In this document: positions 1-7,793 of the stretch, one piece after another | Layout of the letters: each line of letters starts with the position of its first letter | Position numbering within the stretch: the first letter of the stretch is position 1 | IMG/VR virus record: IMGVR_UViG_3300025168_000465 | Location: 1 to 28,772 of that record | Source of the DNA: a virus | Lineage: Duplodnaviria > Caudoviricetes | Direction: 5' to 3' (one strand) | Length of the DNA stretch: 28,772 nucleotides | The notes under the pieces: generated by a model | Seen by the model: only the letters and a program-made list of their open reading frames with translations | Databases searched by the model: none | Told to the model about the DNA's origin: nothing | Made by a program: the position numbers and the translations under genes

Positions 1-1
1 T

Positions 2-1141
2 GAAACTAACGTATATCAATCGGCATTAGATAGATTTAGATATTTATTTGATGCCTTTGATAAAGTAGTTATTTCATTTAGTGGAGGCAAAGACTCTACT
101 GTCTGTTTAAATTTAGGTTTAAAAGTAGCTAGAGAGAAAAACAAACTTCCTTTAGATGTATATTTTTGGGATGAGGAAGTCATAATGCCTGAAACAGTTG
201 AATATATGATGAGGGTAAAAAATGATCCTGACATAAGATTAAAATGGTTATGTGTTCCCATTAAACATAGAAACGGAGGTTCAAGACGTAGCCCTTGGTG
301 GTATCCATTTGACCCTGCTTGTAAAGATAAATGGGTTAGACAAATTCCAGATTTTGCAGTTACAGAAGTAGATGGTTTTAAATATCCTGAACACACAGTG
401 CCTGATGTTTCGCATAGAGTTTATGATCATACTCACGGAAAAATTGCAGATGTAAGAGGTTTAAGGGCACAAGAAAGTTTAACTAGGTTTAGAGCAGTAT
501 CACATAGAACAAAAGATAACTGGATTACTGCGGCAAGAAGTGGATATTCTCACGGAGTATCACCTATTTATGATTGGACTTCTTCAGATGTTTGGTTAGC
601 ACCTAAGATTTATAATTGGGATTATAATAAAGTTTATGATGTTCTAGATAAGATGGGTGTAGGAAAAAACGAACAAAGAGTTTGTGTTCCTTTTGGTGAA
701 GAACCAATGAGGGGTTTATGGCAATATAAAACAGGGTGGCCTAAACTTTGGGCGCAAATGTGTGATAGAGTTCCTGGAGCTTCAACTTCAGAAAAATATT
801 CTAGAACACAATTATATGGTTTTGGAGGTATAAAACTTCCAAAAGGTAAAACGTGGAAAGATTGGTTTTATGACAATGTAGCTTTATATGATCCAACGCA
901 ACAAAAATTCATTTTAAATAATGTTAAAAATGCAGTAGGTAATCATTTAAGTCTAGTTAAAAGACCTGTACCTGATACAAAGCCTGATGACACAACTGGT
1001 TTATCCTGGAAAGGTTTATGTATGATAGCTTTAAGGGGTGATATGAAAGGCAGAAGATTAAGAACTATGTCTAGTCACGCAGACCCTGAGAAGAAAAAAA
1101 TAATAGATGAAATGAGGTTAAAAGATGAAACAAGGTATTGA
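2..1141 (+). CDS. PP-loop / PAPS-reductase-family protein, IbrA/YbdN (DUF3440)-like; 5'-truncated
   Basis: Frame is open from base 2 (ETNVYQSALDRFRYLFDAFDKVVISFSGGKDS...), upstream of the listed ATG at 185; PP-loop SFSGGKDS at 74-97; GLRAQES and PIYDWTSSDVW motifs; directly followed by a ParB-like gene as in ibrAB/ybdNM pairs. Confidence 0.85.
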   Translation, partial: ETNVYQSALDRFRYLFDAFDKVVISFSGGKDSTVCLNLGLKVAREKNKLPLDVYFWDEEVIMPETVEYMMRVKNDPDIRLKWLCVPIKHRNGGSRRSPWWYPFDPACKDKWVRQIPDFAVTEVDGFKYPEHTVPDVSHRVYDHTHGKIADVRGLRAQESLTRFRAVSHRTKDNWITAARSGYSHGVSPIYDWTSSDVWLAPKIYNWDYNKVYDVLDKMGVGKNEQRVCVPFGEEPMRGLWQYKTGWPKLWAQMCDRVPGASTSEKYSRTQLYGFGGIKLPKGKTWKDWFYDNVALYDPTQQKFILNNVKNAVGNHLSLVKRPVPDTKPDDTTGLSWKGLCMIALRGDMKGRRLRTMSSHADPEKKKIIDEMRLKDETRY

Positions 1142-1643
1142 TAAGCAACCTGTAAATAAGGTTGAATGGATAGATAGAAACGAATTAAATGCTAATGATT
1201 ATAATCCAAATCACGTAGCACCACCTGAGTTAGAATTATTAAAAACTTCTATAATAGAGGATGGATGGACTCAACCTATAGTAATACTATCAGATAAAAC
1301 AATTGTAGATGGTTTTCATAGATGGACACTATCAAGCGATCCTGAAGTAAGTGCTATGACAGATGGAAAGGTTCCAGTAGTTACTGTAGATTTTGATAAA
1401 GATCACCGAATGATGTCAACAATAAGACACAATCGTGCAAGGGGTACACACGCAGTATTAGAAATGGCTTCTATAGTTAGAAAAATGAAAGAAGATAATC
1501 TTTCAAATAAAGAAATTATGGAAAGACTAAGTATGGAAGAAGAAGAATTAGAAAGATTATTAGATAATTCAGGAATGACTATTAGAGGCACAAAACAAAT
1601 AGATGGTTTTGGAAAGTCGTGGGTTCCTACTGATGAAAAATAA
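1125..1643 (+). CDS. ParB/Sulfiredoxin-like N-terminal domain protein, IbrB/YbdM-like
   Basis: NDYNPN, SIIEDGWTQPIV, IVDGFHR and STIRHNRARG motifs, followed by a short helical C-terminus; overlaps the upstream PP-loop gene. Confidence 0.88.
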   Translation: MKQGIDKQPVNKVEWIDRNELNANDYNPNHVAPPELELLKTSIIEDGWTQPIVILSDKTIVDGFHRWTLSSDPEVSAMTDGKVPVVTVDFDKDHRMMSTIRHNRARGTHAVLEMASIVRKMKEDNLSNKEIMERLSMEEEELERLLDNSGMTIRGTKQIDGFGKSWVPTDEK

Positions 1644-2301
1644 TATTAAAAATCTAATTTTTTCAGCAAAAAATACAATTTACAAATTTTTAGAGAAAAC
1701 AAAAAAACCATTAGTTGCTTTTTCAGGTGGCAAGGATGGTTATGTAGCTACACATATTGCATACAATTTAGGAATAAACGATCAAATATGCGAAACATCT
1801 TTTACATTTAAAAAACAAAGAGAACATATTTTTAAAATATCAAAAAAATTAAATCTAAATGTAACTTTCAAAAATTCACTTTCGTGGGAATGGTTAAAAA
1901 AAAATAAAAAAATTATATTTTCTAATGATTCAAAATTGAGAAGTTGGTCATTTGCACAAAGACATCAAAAAACAATTCATAAATTTATGAAAGAAAACAA
2001 TTTTGATGGAGTAATAACAGGAAGAAGAAACGATGAAAATTCTGTTAAAGCTCCTATTTATTTTAATAAACACGGATTAAGTTGTCATCCCCTATACAAT
2101 TGGAAAGAAGATGATATTTGGGAATACTTTAAATTCTACAACTTAGAAATTCCATACATATACTCAACAGACTTTGGAAAAAGTGAGGGAAATGCACCCT
2201 TTTATACTTTAAGAGAAAAGGATGTAGGAAATATAGAAAAATGCTGGGATATTTGTTTAAAAATTGATGATACGATTCCTAGAAAATTTTTAGAAAACTA
2301 A
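1633..2301 (+). CDS. Second PP-loop / PAPS-reductase-family protein
   Basis: AFSGGKDG PP-loop, ITGRRNDEN and HPLYNWKEDDIWEY motifs. ATG at 1633 (MKNNIK) overlaps the end of the ParB gene and is more plausible than 1603. Confidence 0.8.
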   Translation: MKNNIKNLIFSAKNTIYKFLEKTKKPLVAFSGGKDGYVATHIAYNLGINDQICETSFTFKKQREHIFKISKKLNLNVTFKNSLSWEWLKKNKKIIFSNDSKLRSWSFAQRHQKTIHKFMKENNFDGVITGRRNDENSVKAPIYFNKHGLSCHPLYNWKEDDIWEYFKFYNLEIPYIYSTDFGKSEGNAPFYTLREKDVGNIEKCWDICLKIDDTIPRKFLEN

Positions 2302-2588
2302 ACATTATAAAAGGTATAAGTAAGAGTTAATTCCTCTCCTGATAGTATTTTTCTTCTAGAGCATAAAAAAAATGCGTTCTTAATTAATATCTTCTTGCAG
2401 TTAGATTCATCTAAATGATTTATAAATCCTCCTAATGGCGTTCTAATATATCTTTTATTAATAAGATAATGCGATACACCCATAACAAAATTAGATTCTA
2501 TATCTTTTACTGCATATAATCCTAAACCCTCAATTTTAGATGGCTTAATAGTCAGATAACTGGGCAAAGGTCTGTAATGTTTTTTCAT
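2298..2588 (-). CDS. Minimal SET-domain protein (putative protein-lysine methyltransferase)
   Basis: SKIEGLGLYA (GxG motif), GFINHLDESNC (RFINHSCxPN-like) and ILSGEELTLTY (GEELxxxY); ATG at 2588 preceded by GAGG. Confidence 0.85.
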   Translation of the reverse strand: MKKHYRPLPSYLTIKPSKIEGLGLYAVKDIESNFVMGVSHYLINKRYIRTPLGGFINHLDESNCKKILIKNAFFLCSRRKILSGEELTLTYTFYNV

Positions 2589-2623
2589 ACAGACCTCTAC
2601 CACTTACGAGGGAAAATTTAAAG

Positions 2624-2959
2624 TTATTTCAAGACTTCGTTATTATGCTTTCTTGCACTCTCAACTGATTTTCTAGCACGTTTTAAATAATGAAATCTAT
2701 CGCTAGAACCAAAACCCTCACCCTCAGGCCAGTCATTCAGTCCACATAGATCTTCATATGCTACATCTATTTCATACTTAGTTTCTACCATCCCAACTGT
2801 GATACAATCATCTAACATATTTCGAGTAAGATGTTGCTCATTTTTATATTGCTTTTTCACATAGGCATACATTTCTCCTGAAGTCATTTTCTTGATATAA
2901 ATATCAGGATTTGTAATCATTATATCTTTGTAGTCTTTTTTTGCATCGTATGTACTCAT
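2624..2959 (-). CDS. Hypothetical protein (111 aa)
   Basis: ORF with strong SD (AAAGGAGG) upstream; part of the minus-strand operon. Confidence 0.75.
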   Translation of the reverse strand: MSTYDAKKDYKDIMITNPDIYIKKMTSGEMYAYVKKQYKNEQHLTRNMLDDCITVGMVETKYEIDVAYEDLCGLNDWPEGEGFGSSDRFHYLKRARKSVESARKHNNEVLK

Positions 2960-2971
2960 ATTGCCTCCTTT

Positions 2972-3217
2972 CTATATCCAATGTTGTTCGTTATCTTCTA
3001 TATACTTAATAGCATTATCAATATTATCTTGAACTGCCATCAATCTCCAATGCCCCTCAGTATATCTACCAAGAAAATCTGCTGGACCTTTAATCCAATA
3101 AAATATTGAAAATCCTCCTCCAGCTTCATCTCTCTGCTCAACCATCTTAAATTCTGCATCTTTATGAGTTGCATACAGAATATCTATTCCTTTTCTTACT
3201 TCTGTAATATGTGCCAT
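2972..3217 (-). CDS. Hypothetical protein (81 aa)
   Basis: GGAGGG SD upstream; TAATG coupling to the upstream 30-aa ORF. Confidence 0.75.
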   Translation of the reverse strand: MAHITEVRKGIDILYATHKDAEFKMVEQRDEAGGGFSIFYWIKGPADFLGRYTEGHWRLMAVQDNIDNAIKYIEDNEQHWI

Positions 3218-3309
3218 TATATTATCCCTCCATTTTTTAACATTAGTAATAAGAAAATAAATACAACAACAAGTTGCACTATTTCTGCTTTGGTATAGAA
3301 TTTACCCAT
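3217..3309 (-). CDS. Small single-TM membrane peptide (30 aa), not in the ORF track
   Basis: MGKFYTKAEIVQLVVVFIFLLLMLKNGGII*; GGAGG SD; stop overlaps the next ATG. Confidence 0.6.
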   Translation of the reverse strand: MGKFYTKAEIVQLVVVFIFLLLMLKNGGII

Positions 3310-3463
3310 AGTAGTCCTCCACTCTATACTCCTCAACACCTCTAACTCTATTAATACCAAGATACTTTGTCAGCTTACCCTTAGGCAAAGCACCTGTTTC
3401 TGCAAATCCAAGAAGTAAAAACCACGTTGGTAATGCAAGTCCTATTAGTATAAATATCATCAT
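3302..3463 (-). CDS. Small protein with hydrophobic N-terminus (53 aa), not in the ORF track
   Basis: MMIFILIGLALPTWFLLLGFAETGALPKGKLTKYLGINRVRGVEEYRVEDYYG*; GGAGA SD; first gene after the leftward promoter. Confidence 0.65.
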   Translation of the reverse strand: MMIFILIGLALPTWFLLLGFAETGALPKGKLTKYLGINRVRGVEEYRVEDYYG

Positions 3464-3489
3464 TTTTTATCTCCGTTTTTTGTTATCTA

Positions 3490-3517
3490 AACTTACCAAA
3501 TCTGTGCTGGTAGTCAA
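3490..3517 (-). promoter_or_regulatory. Sigma70-like leftward promoter for the small-gene operon
   Basis: Minus strand TTGACT-N16-TAAGTT with an extended -10 (TGn) and an A/T-rich UP-like tract upstream. Confidence 0.5.
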
Positions 3518-3535
3518 TACTTTTTAATACTTTTT
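3516..3535. repeat. Tandem 10-bp repeat AATACTTTTT x2
   Basis: Exact copies at 3516-3525 and 3526-3535, abutting the -35 element. Confidence 0.7.
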
Positions 3536-3551
3536 ATTAACAATTATTACT

Positions 3552-3591
3552 GTTATTTTAGGTCAAAATGGGTTATTTTAGGACAAAAAGG
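3552..3591. repeat. Tandem 20-bp direct repeat (18/20 identical)
   Basis: GTTATTTTAGGTCAAAATGG (3552-3571) and GTTATTTTAGGACAAAAAGG (3572-3591) in the divergent intergenic region. Confidence 0.8.
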
Positions 3592-3606
3592 GAACACAAT
3601 TAGAAC
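3592..3606 (+). promoter_or_regulatory. Candidate alphaproteobacterial LexA (SOS) box GAAC-N7-GAAC
   Basis: GAAC ACAATTA GAAC, ending 11 nt before the ATG at 3618; a degenerate third half-site GGAC at 3581 is in the same 11-bp phase. Confidence 0.5.
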
Positions 3607-3617
3607 AAAATGCGAAT

Positions 3618-3788
3618 ATGAGAAGAAAAGCTAAAAAAGTAAAATTAGCAGACTTAGATAGGGTAGTTGGCGAATGTAAGTATTGTAAAAAACTTATCTA
3701 CTCACAGGAATCATTCGTGGTATTTGCTACTAAAGAATATGCACATTATTCTTGCATGAAAGCTGATGATGAAAGACAGCACAAGTAA
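3618..3788 (+). CDS. Small basic zinc-finger protein (56 aa; CxxC...HxxC), not in the ORF track
   Basis: MRRKAKKVKLADLDRVVGECKYCKKLIYSQESFVVFATKEYAHYSCMKADDERQHK*. Confidence 0.7.
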   Translation: MRRKAKKVKLADLDRVVGECKYCKKLIYSQESFVVFATKEYAHYSCMKADDERQHK

Positions 3789-3867
3789 TGCGTGTTTGAT
3801 AATTAGCCATTAGTGATGTAATAATTCGGTGTATGTTCGGTTTAACAGTTTCTAATAGAAAAAAATA

Positions 3868-4422
3868 ATGATTACTAAAGATATAGAAGAATCCAATAAG
3901 CACTATGAGTATTATCTAGTGTATCAGAATATGGGGTATAAACGCACCCTAAAGAAAACAGCAGAAGAAGTAGAACTATCAGTAAGAGAAATAGAAAAGG
4001 TATCATCAAGATATGGTTGGGTATCAAGGGTAGATAAGTTTGATAAGCAACAGGCACAGATTAGATACAATGCTATGAAGACTGAGATTCAAGAAATGGG
4101 TAAAAGACAGGGAAGTCATGCCTTACAAATGACATACTCACTAATAACACCAGCACAAGAGCTGTTAAAAAGATTAAAAGAAAAAAAGGAACTAGACTTT
4201 TCTAATTTGTCAGATGTAGATTTAGTTGCTATAGTCAGTAAAATTGCACATCCATTTAAGCTATTAACAGAAGTAGAAAGGGTAGCTAAAGGTCAAATAA
4301 CAAAAGACAACATAGATCAATCAACTAATATAGAAGATGACTTTATTAAACGAATCGGACAAGACCAAGAGTCAGCAGAACTTGCAACTCGACTACTATC
4401 AAAAATTAAAGATAGCAACTAG
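3868..4422 (+). CDS. terS: Terminase small subunit (probable)
   Basis: N-terminal HTH-like segment (RTLKKTAEEVELSVREIEKVSSRYGWVSR) then helical region; immediately upstream of TerL. Confidence 0.7.
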   Translation: MITKDIEESNKHYEYYLVYQNMGYKRTLKKTAEEVELSVREIEKVSSRYGWVSRVDKFDKQQAQIRYNAMKTEIQEMGKRQGSHALQMTYSLITPAQELLKRLKEKKELDFSNLSDVDLVAIVSKIAHPFKLLTEVERVAKGQITKDNIDQSTNIEDDFIKRIGQDQESAELATRLLSKIKDSN

Positions 4423-5737
4423 TCAACCAGCAGGACTTGCTATGATAAATAGCAATTTCACCTGGCAGTTTCCAAAACATCTGCAGTATCTTAACTCTAA
4501 ACTATTACAAGTTGCTAGTGGTAAGATAAAAAGATTATTAATTAATATGCCACCTCAACATGGTAAGTCAGAGTTTACTTCTAAATATTTTCCTGCATGG
4601 TACTTAGCAACCCATCCTCAGAATAAATTAATTTTAGCTAGTTATGAAACTAATTTTGCTGTAAGTTGGGGCAGAAAGAGTAAAGAGGTATTTGATGAAT
4701 CAGTAGCTAAATATTATGGCGTAAAAAGAAACCCTGATATAAATATTCAAGGTAACTGGGAAACAGAACAAGGTGGTTCTATGTACTGCGTTGGTGTAGG
4801 TGGTGGTATCACAGGTAGAGGTGCAAACATATTTATAATTGATGACCCAGTAAAAAATAACGAACAAGCTATGAGTCCAGTTTATAGAGATAAAACTTTA
4901 GATTGGTATCAATCAGTAGCATCAACAAGATTATCCCCTGAGTCCTGCGTAATCATCATTATGACTAGATGGCACGTTGATGACTTAGCAGGTAGATTAT
5001 TAAAACAAGCAGAATTAGATGGCGATAAATGGGAAGTAATTAGTATGCCAGCAATAGCAGAAGCCAATGACATATTAGGTAGAGAGGTAGGAGAGGCATT
5101 GTGGGAAAACAGATATTCAAAAGAAATATTACAAGAAAGAAAAAGACAAGTAGGTGAGTTTTGGTGGTCAGCTATGTATCAGCAATCACCTTATCTAAAA
5201 GGTGGTAGAGTATTTAAAGACCCTGAATTTTATGAACAACTACCTCCAGGAGGTAAAACAGTTATTGCAGTTGATTTTGCTTATTCTACAAAAACTTATT
5301 CTGATTACTCAGTTTGTGGTGTTGGTAAGATGTATGATGGTAAAGTTTATTTAATGGATTTTTGGAGAGGTCAAGTAGAAGCAACAAAATTTGCAACTAT
5401 AATTAAACAATATCAAGAAAAGTATCAATCACCTATATATGCTTACATTGGAGGTACGGAAAAAGGTATCGTTGATTTTATGAGAAAAGAACATAACTTG
5501 AATATTATATCAAGACCTGCTAGAAACGATAAGTTTGTTAGAGCTCAACCTGTTGCATCTGCATGGAATAGTGGTAGAATAGTATTGCCTAAAGAAAATA
5601 AATGGGTAAATGTTTTACTTCAAGAGATTATGAGCTTTACTGGAGTAAGTGATTTAAATGATGACCAAGTAGATGTGTTATCAACTATTTATGATTGTTT
5701 ACAGACAACTAATAAACCACTTTGGAGAGTAAGTTAA
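4337..5737 (+). CDS. terL: Terminase large subunit
   Basis: Walker A MPPQHGKS, GGGITGRGA, Walker B IFIIDDP, MTRWHVDDLAG, nuclease acidic motifs AVDFA, SDYS, DDQVD. Start is either 4337 or 4442. Confidence 0.95.
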   Translation: MTLLNESDKTKSQQNLQLDYYQKLKIATSQPAGLAMINSNFTWQFPKHLQYLNSKLLQVASGKIKRLLINMPPQHGKSEFTSKYFPAWYLATHPQNKLILASYETNFAVSWGRKSKEVFDESVAKYYGVKRNPDINIQGNWETEQGGSMYCVGVGGGITGRGANIFIIDDPVKNNEQAMSPVYRDKTLDWYQSVASTRLSPESCVIIIMTRWHVDDLAGRLLKQAELDGDKWEVISMPAIAEANDILGREVGEALWENRYSKEILQERKRQVGEFWWSAMYQQSPYLKGGRVFKDPEFYEQLPPGGKTVIAVDFAYSTKTYSDYSVCGVGKMYDGKVYLMDFWRGQVEATKFATIIKQYQEKYQSPIYAYIGGTEKGIVDFMRKEHNLNIISRPARNDKFVRAQPVASAWNSGRIVLPKENKWVNVLLQEIMSFTGVSDLNDDQVDVLSTIYDCLQTTNKPLWRVS

Positions 5738-7785
5738 TGGCAAGTATATTTGATAAGATTTTAGGAAGAAAAGAAGAAAAACCACAAAAGAAAGAAGCAC
5801 CAGTAGTTTACTATAACAGCTTAGGCACAGACGTAAGTTATAAAGCTAGATACGATCAATTAGCAGAAGAAGGCTATCAACAAAACGCAATAGTGTATAG
5901 ATGTGTTAATGAAATTGCAAATAGCGCAAGTAGAGTAGAAATAAATTTATTTAGAGGTGATCAAGAAATAGATAACCACCCATTATTAGATTTACTTTAT
6001 AACCCTAGTCCAATGGTATCTAACGTAGAATATTTCCAGGCAGTATATGCTTACTTATTAATTTCAGGAAACAGTTATATGTTATCAGTTGGTAGTGATA
6101 GAGCACCTCCTACAGAACTGTACAATTTAAGACCTGATAGAATAAAAATTAATGCAGGTACTAGAGCTACTCCAAACTCTTATGATTATATAGTAGGTGG
6201 TCAAGTTGTAGAAAGTTATTTAGTAGATCAATCAACAGGTCTTTCAAAAGTTAAGCATATGAAAATGTTTAATCCATTAGATGATTTTTATGGCATGTCC
6301 CCAATTACATCAGCAAGTATAGATATTGATCAACACAACTTAGCAAATAAACATAACGTAAATCTTTTACAGAATGGTGCTAGACCAAGTGGTGCAGTTA
6401 TATTTAAACCTAAAGATGAAACAGGTGCGGCGATGCAATTATCTGAAGTACAAAGAAGTCAATTAGTAAATGACATCAATCAAAGATTTGGTGGTACAGG
6501 TAATGCAGGAAAGCCAATGTTATTAGAGGGTGATTTTGATTGGAAAGAAATGGGTCTATCTCCTAAGGATATGGACTTTGCGAGTTTAAAACATATGTCA
6601 GCAAAAGATATAGCATTAGTTTATGGTGTACCTAGTCAGCTTATTGGTATTCCTGATTCACAAACTTATTCAAACTTTGCAGAAGCTAAATTAGCTCTAT
6701 ACAACGAAACAATTATTCCTTTATTAGATAAGGTTCAAGCTGATATGAACGAGTGGTTGACACCAATGTTTGGTGAAGATTTAGAATTAAGATATAATAT
6801 AGATTCAATACCAGCTATGGCAGAACAAAGAAAAAGAGTTTTTGAATCTGTAAGCACAGGTGTTAGAGATGGAATTTTAACTCGTAATGAAGCTAGAGAG
6901 CAATTAGGTTATGAACCAATTGATGGTGCAGATAGTTTATTAGTACCAGCAAACTTAATGCCTTTAAATATAGCAGGTGAAGAAGATTCACCAAAAGATG
7001 AACCTGACACTAATCCAATGGAAGAAGAACAAGAGGAAGAAGAAGCACAACAAGATGAACAAGAACAAGTGCAAATTGAAAACGATATGGAAAGTGTTGA
7101 TGAAGAATTAGATGAGGTTGTAAAAGCTGAGGGTGATATTGATACAGTACCAACAGATGGTATGGTAACAGAAGCTAAAAGAGGTATAGAGTGGAGAAAA
7201 GAATTTAATAGAGGTGGTACAAGAATAGGTGCAACTAGAGCAAGTCAAATAGTTGCTAAAGAAAAATTATCACCAAGAACAGTTAGACGTATGAATAGTT
7301 TTTTTGCAAGACACGAAGTAGATAAAAGAGCAGATGGATTTAGACCAGGAGAAAAAGGTTATCCATCAAATGGTAGAATAGCTTGGTCTTTGTGGGGTGG
7401 TGATGCTGGTCAAAGTTGGTCTAAAAAGAAATCAGCACAACTAGATAGAGAAAGAGGAAAGTTTTTAGAAGAGGGTGTTATAGAAGAAAAACAAGTTACA
7501 GCCGCAGTTAAAAAAGGATTACAAAATAAAGTTGATAAGCACAATGAGAAGCATGGAGATAAAGCAGGTAAAAGAGTTACATTAAGAATGCTTACTGCTG
7601 TATTCAAAAGAGGTATAGGTGCTTATAGAACTAATCCAGGAAGTGTAAGACCTAGTGTAACATCAGAAGAACAATGGGCTTATGCTAGAGTTAATGCTTT
7701 TTTATATGCAGTAAGATCAGGTAGGTTTAGAGGTGGTAAATTTGATTTAGATTTATTACCTAGTGGACATCCACTAGCAACGTAG
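5737..7785 (+). CDS. HK97-family portal protein with acidic linker and about 220 aa C-terminal extension
   Basis: VYRCVNEIA, LLISGNSY, FYGMSPI, NGARPSG, DIALVYGVP, GILTRNEARE portal motifs; ATG 5737 coupled (TAATG) to the TerL stop. Confidence 0.93.
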   Translation: MASIFDKILGRKEEKPQKKEAPVVYYNSLGTDVSYKARYDQLAEEGYQQNAIVYRCVNEIANSASRVEINLFRGDQEIDNHPLLDLLYNPSPMVSNVEYFQAVYAYLLISGNSYMLSVGSDRAPPTELYNLRPDRIKINAGTRATPNSYDYIVGGQVVESYLVDQSTGLSKVKHMKMFNPLDDFYGMSPITSASIDIDQHNLANKHNVNLLQNGARPSGAVIFKPKDETGAAMQLSEVQRSQLVNDINQRFGGTGNAGKPMLLEGDFDWKEMGLSPKDMDFASLKHMSAKDIALVYGVPSQLIGIPDSQTYSNFAEAKLALYNETIIPLLDKVQADMNEWLTPMFGEDLELRYNIDSIPAMAEQRKRVFESVSTGVRDGILTRNEAREQLGYEPIDGADSLLVPANLMPLNIAGEEDSPKDEPDTNPMEEEQEEEEAQQDEQEQVQIENDMESVDEELDEVVKAEGDIDTVPTDGMVTEAKRGIEWRKEFNRGGTRIGATRASQIVAKEKLSPRTVRRMNSFFARHEVDKRADGFRPGEKGYPSNGRIAWSLWGGDAGQSWSKKKSAQLDRERGKFLEEGVIEEKQVTAAVKKGLQNKVDKHNEKHGDKAGKRVTLRMLTAVFKRGIGAYRTNPGSVRPSVTSEEQWAYARVNAFLYAVRSGRFRGGKFDLDLLPSGHPLAT

Positions 7786-7793
7786 AGGTTTTA

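Noticed and set aside
16-396. 126-aa minus-strand ORF and other antisense ORFs (1403-1591, 3875-4057, 7410-7607, 8095-8602, 8776-9051, 10655-10990, 13154-13797, 14240-14539, 19015-19512, 21672-21896, 24229-24501)
   Set aside because: They lie opposite well-supported phage genes, have no recognisable motifs and look like shadow ORFs.
1633-2301. cysH auxiliary metabolic gene for sulfate assimilation
   Set aside because: PP-loop is present but the Fe-S cysteines and the C-terminal ECG(L/I)H catalytic motif are not; the ParB-linked context favours another role.
3552-3591. Mini-CRISPR array
   Set aside because: Only two adjacent 20-bp copies with no spacer and no cas genes.
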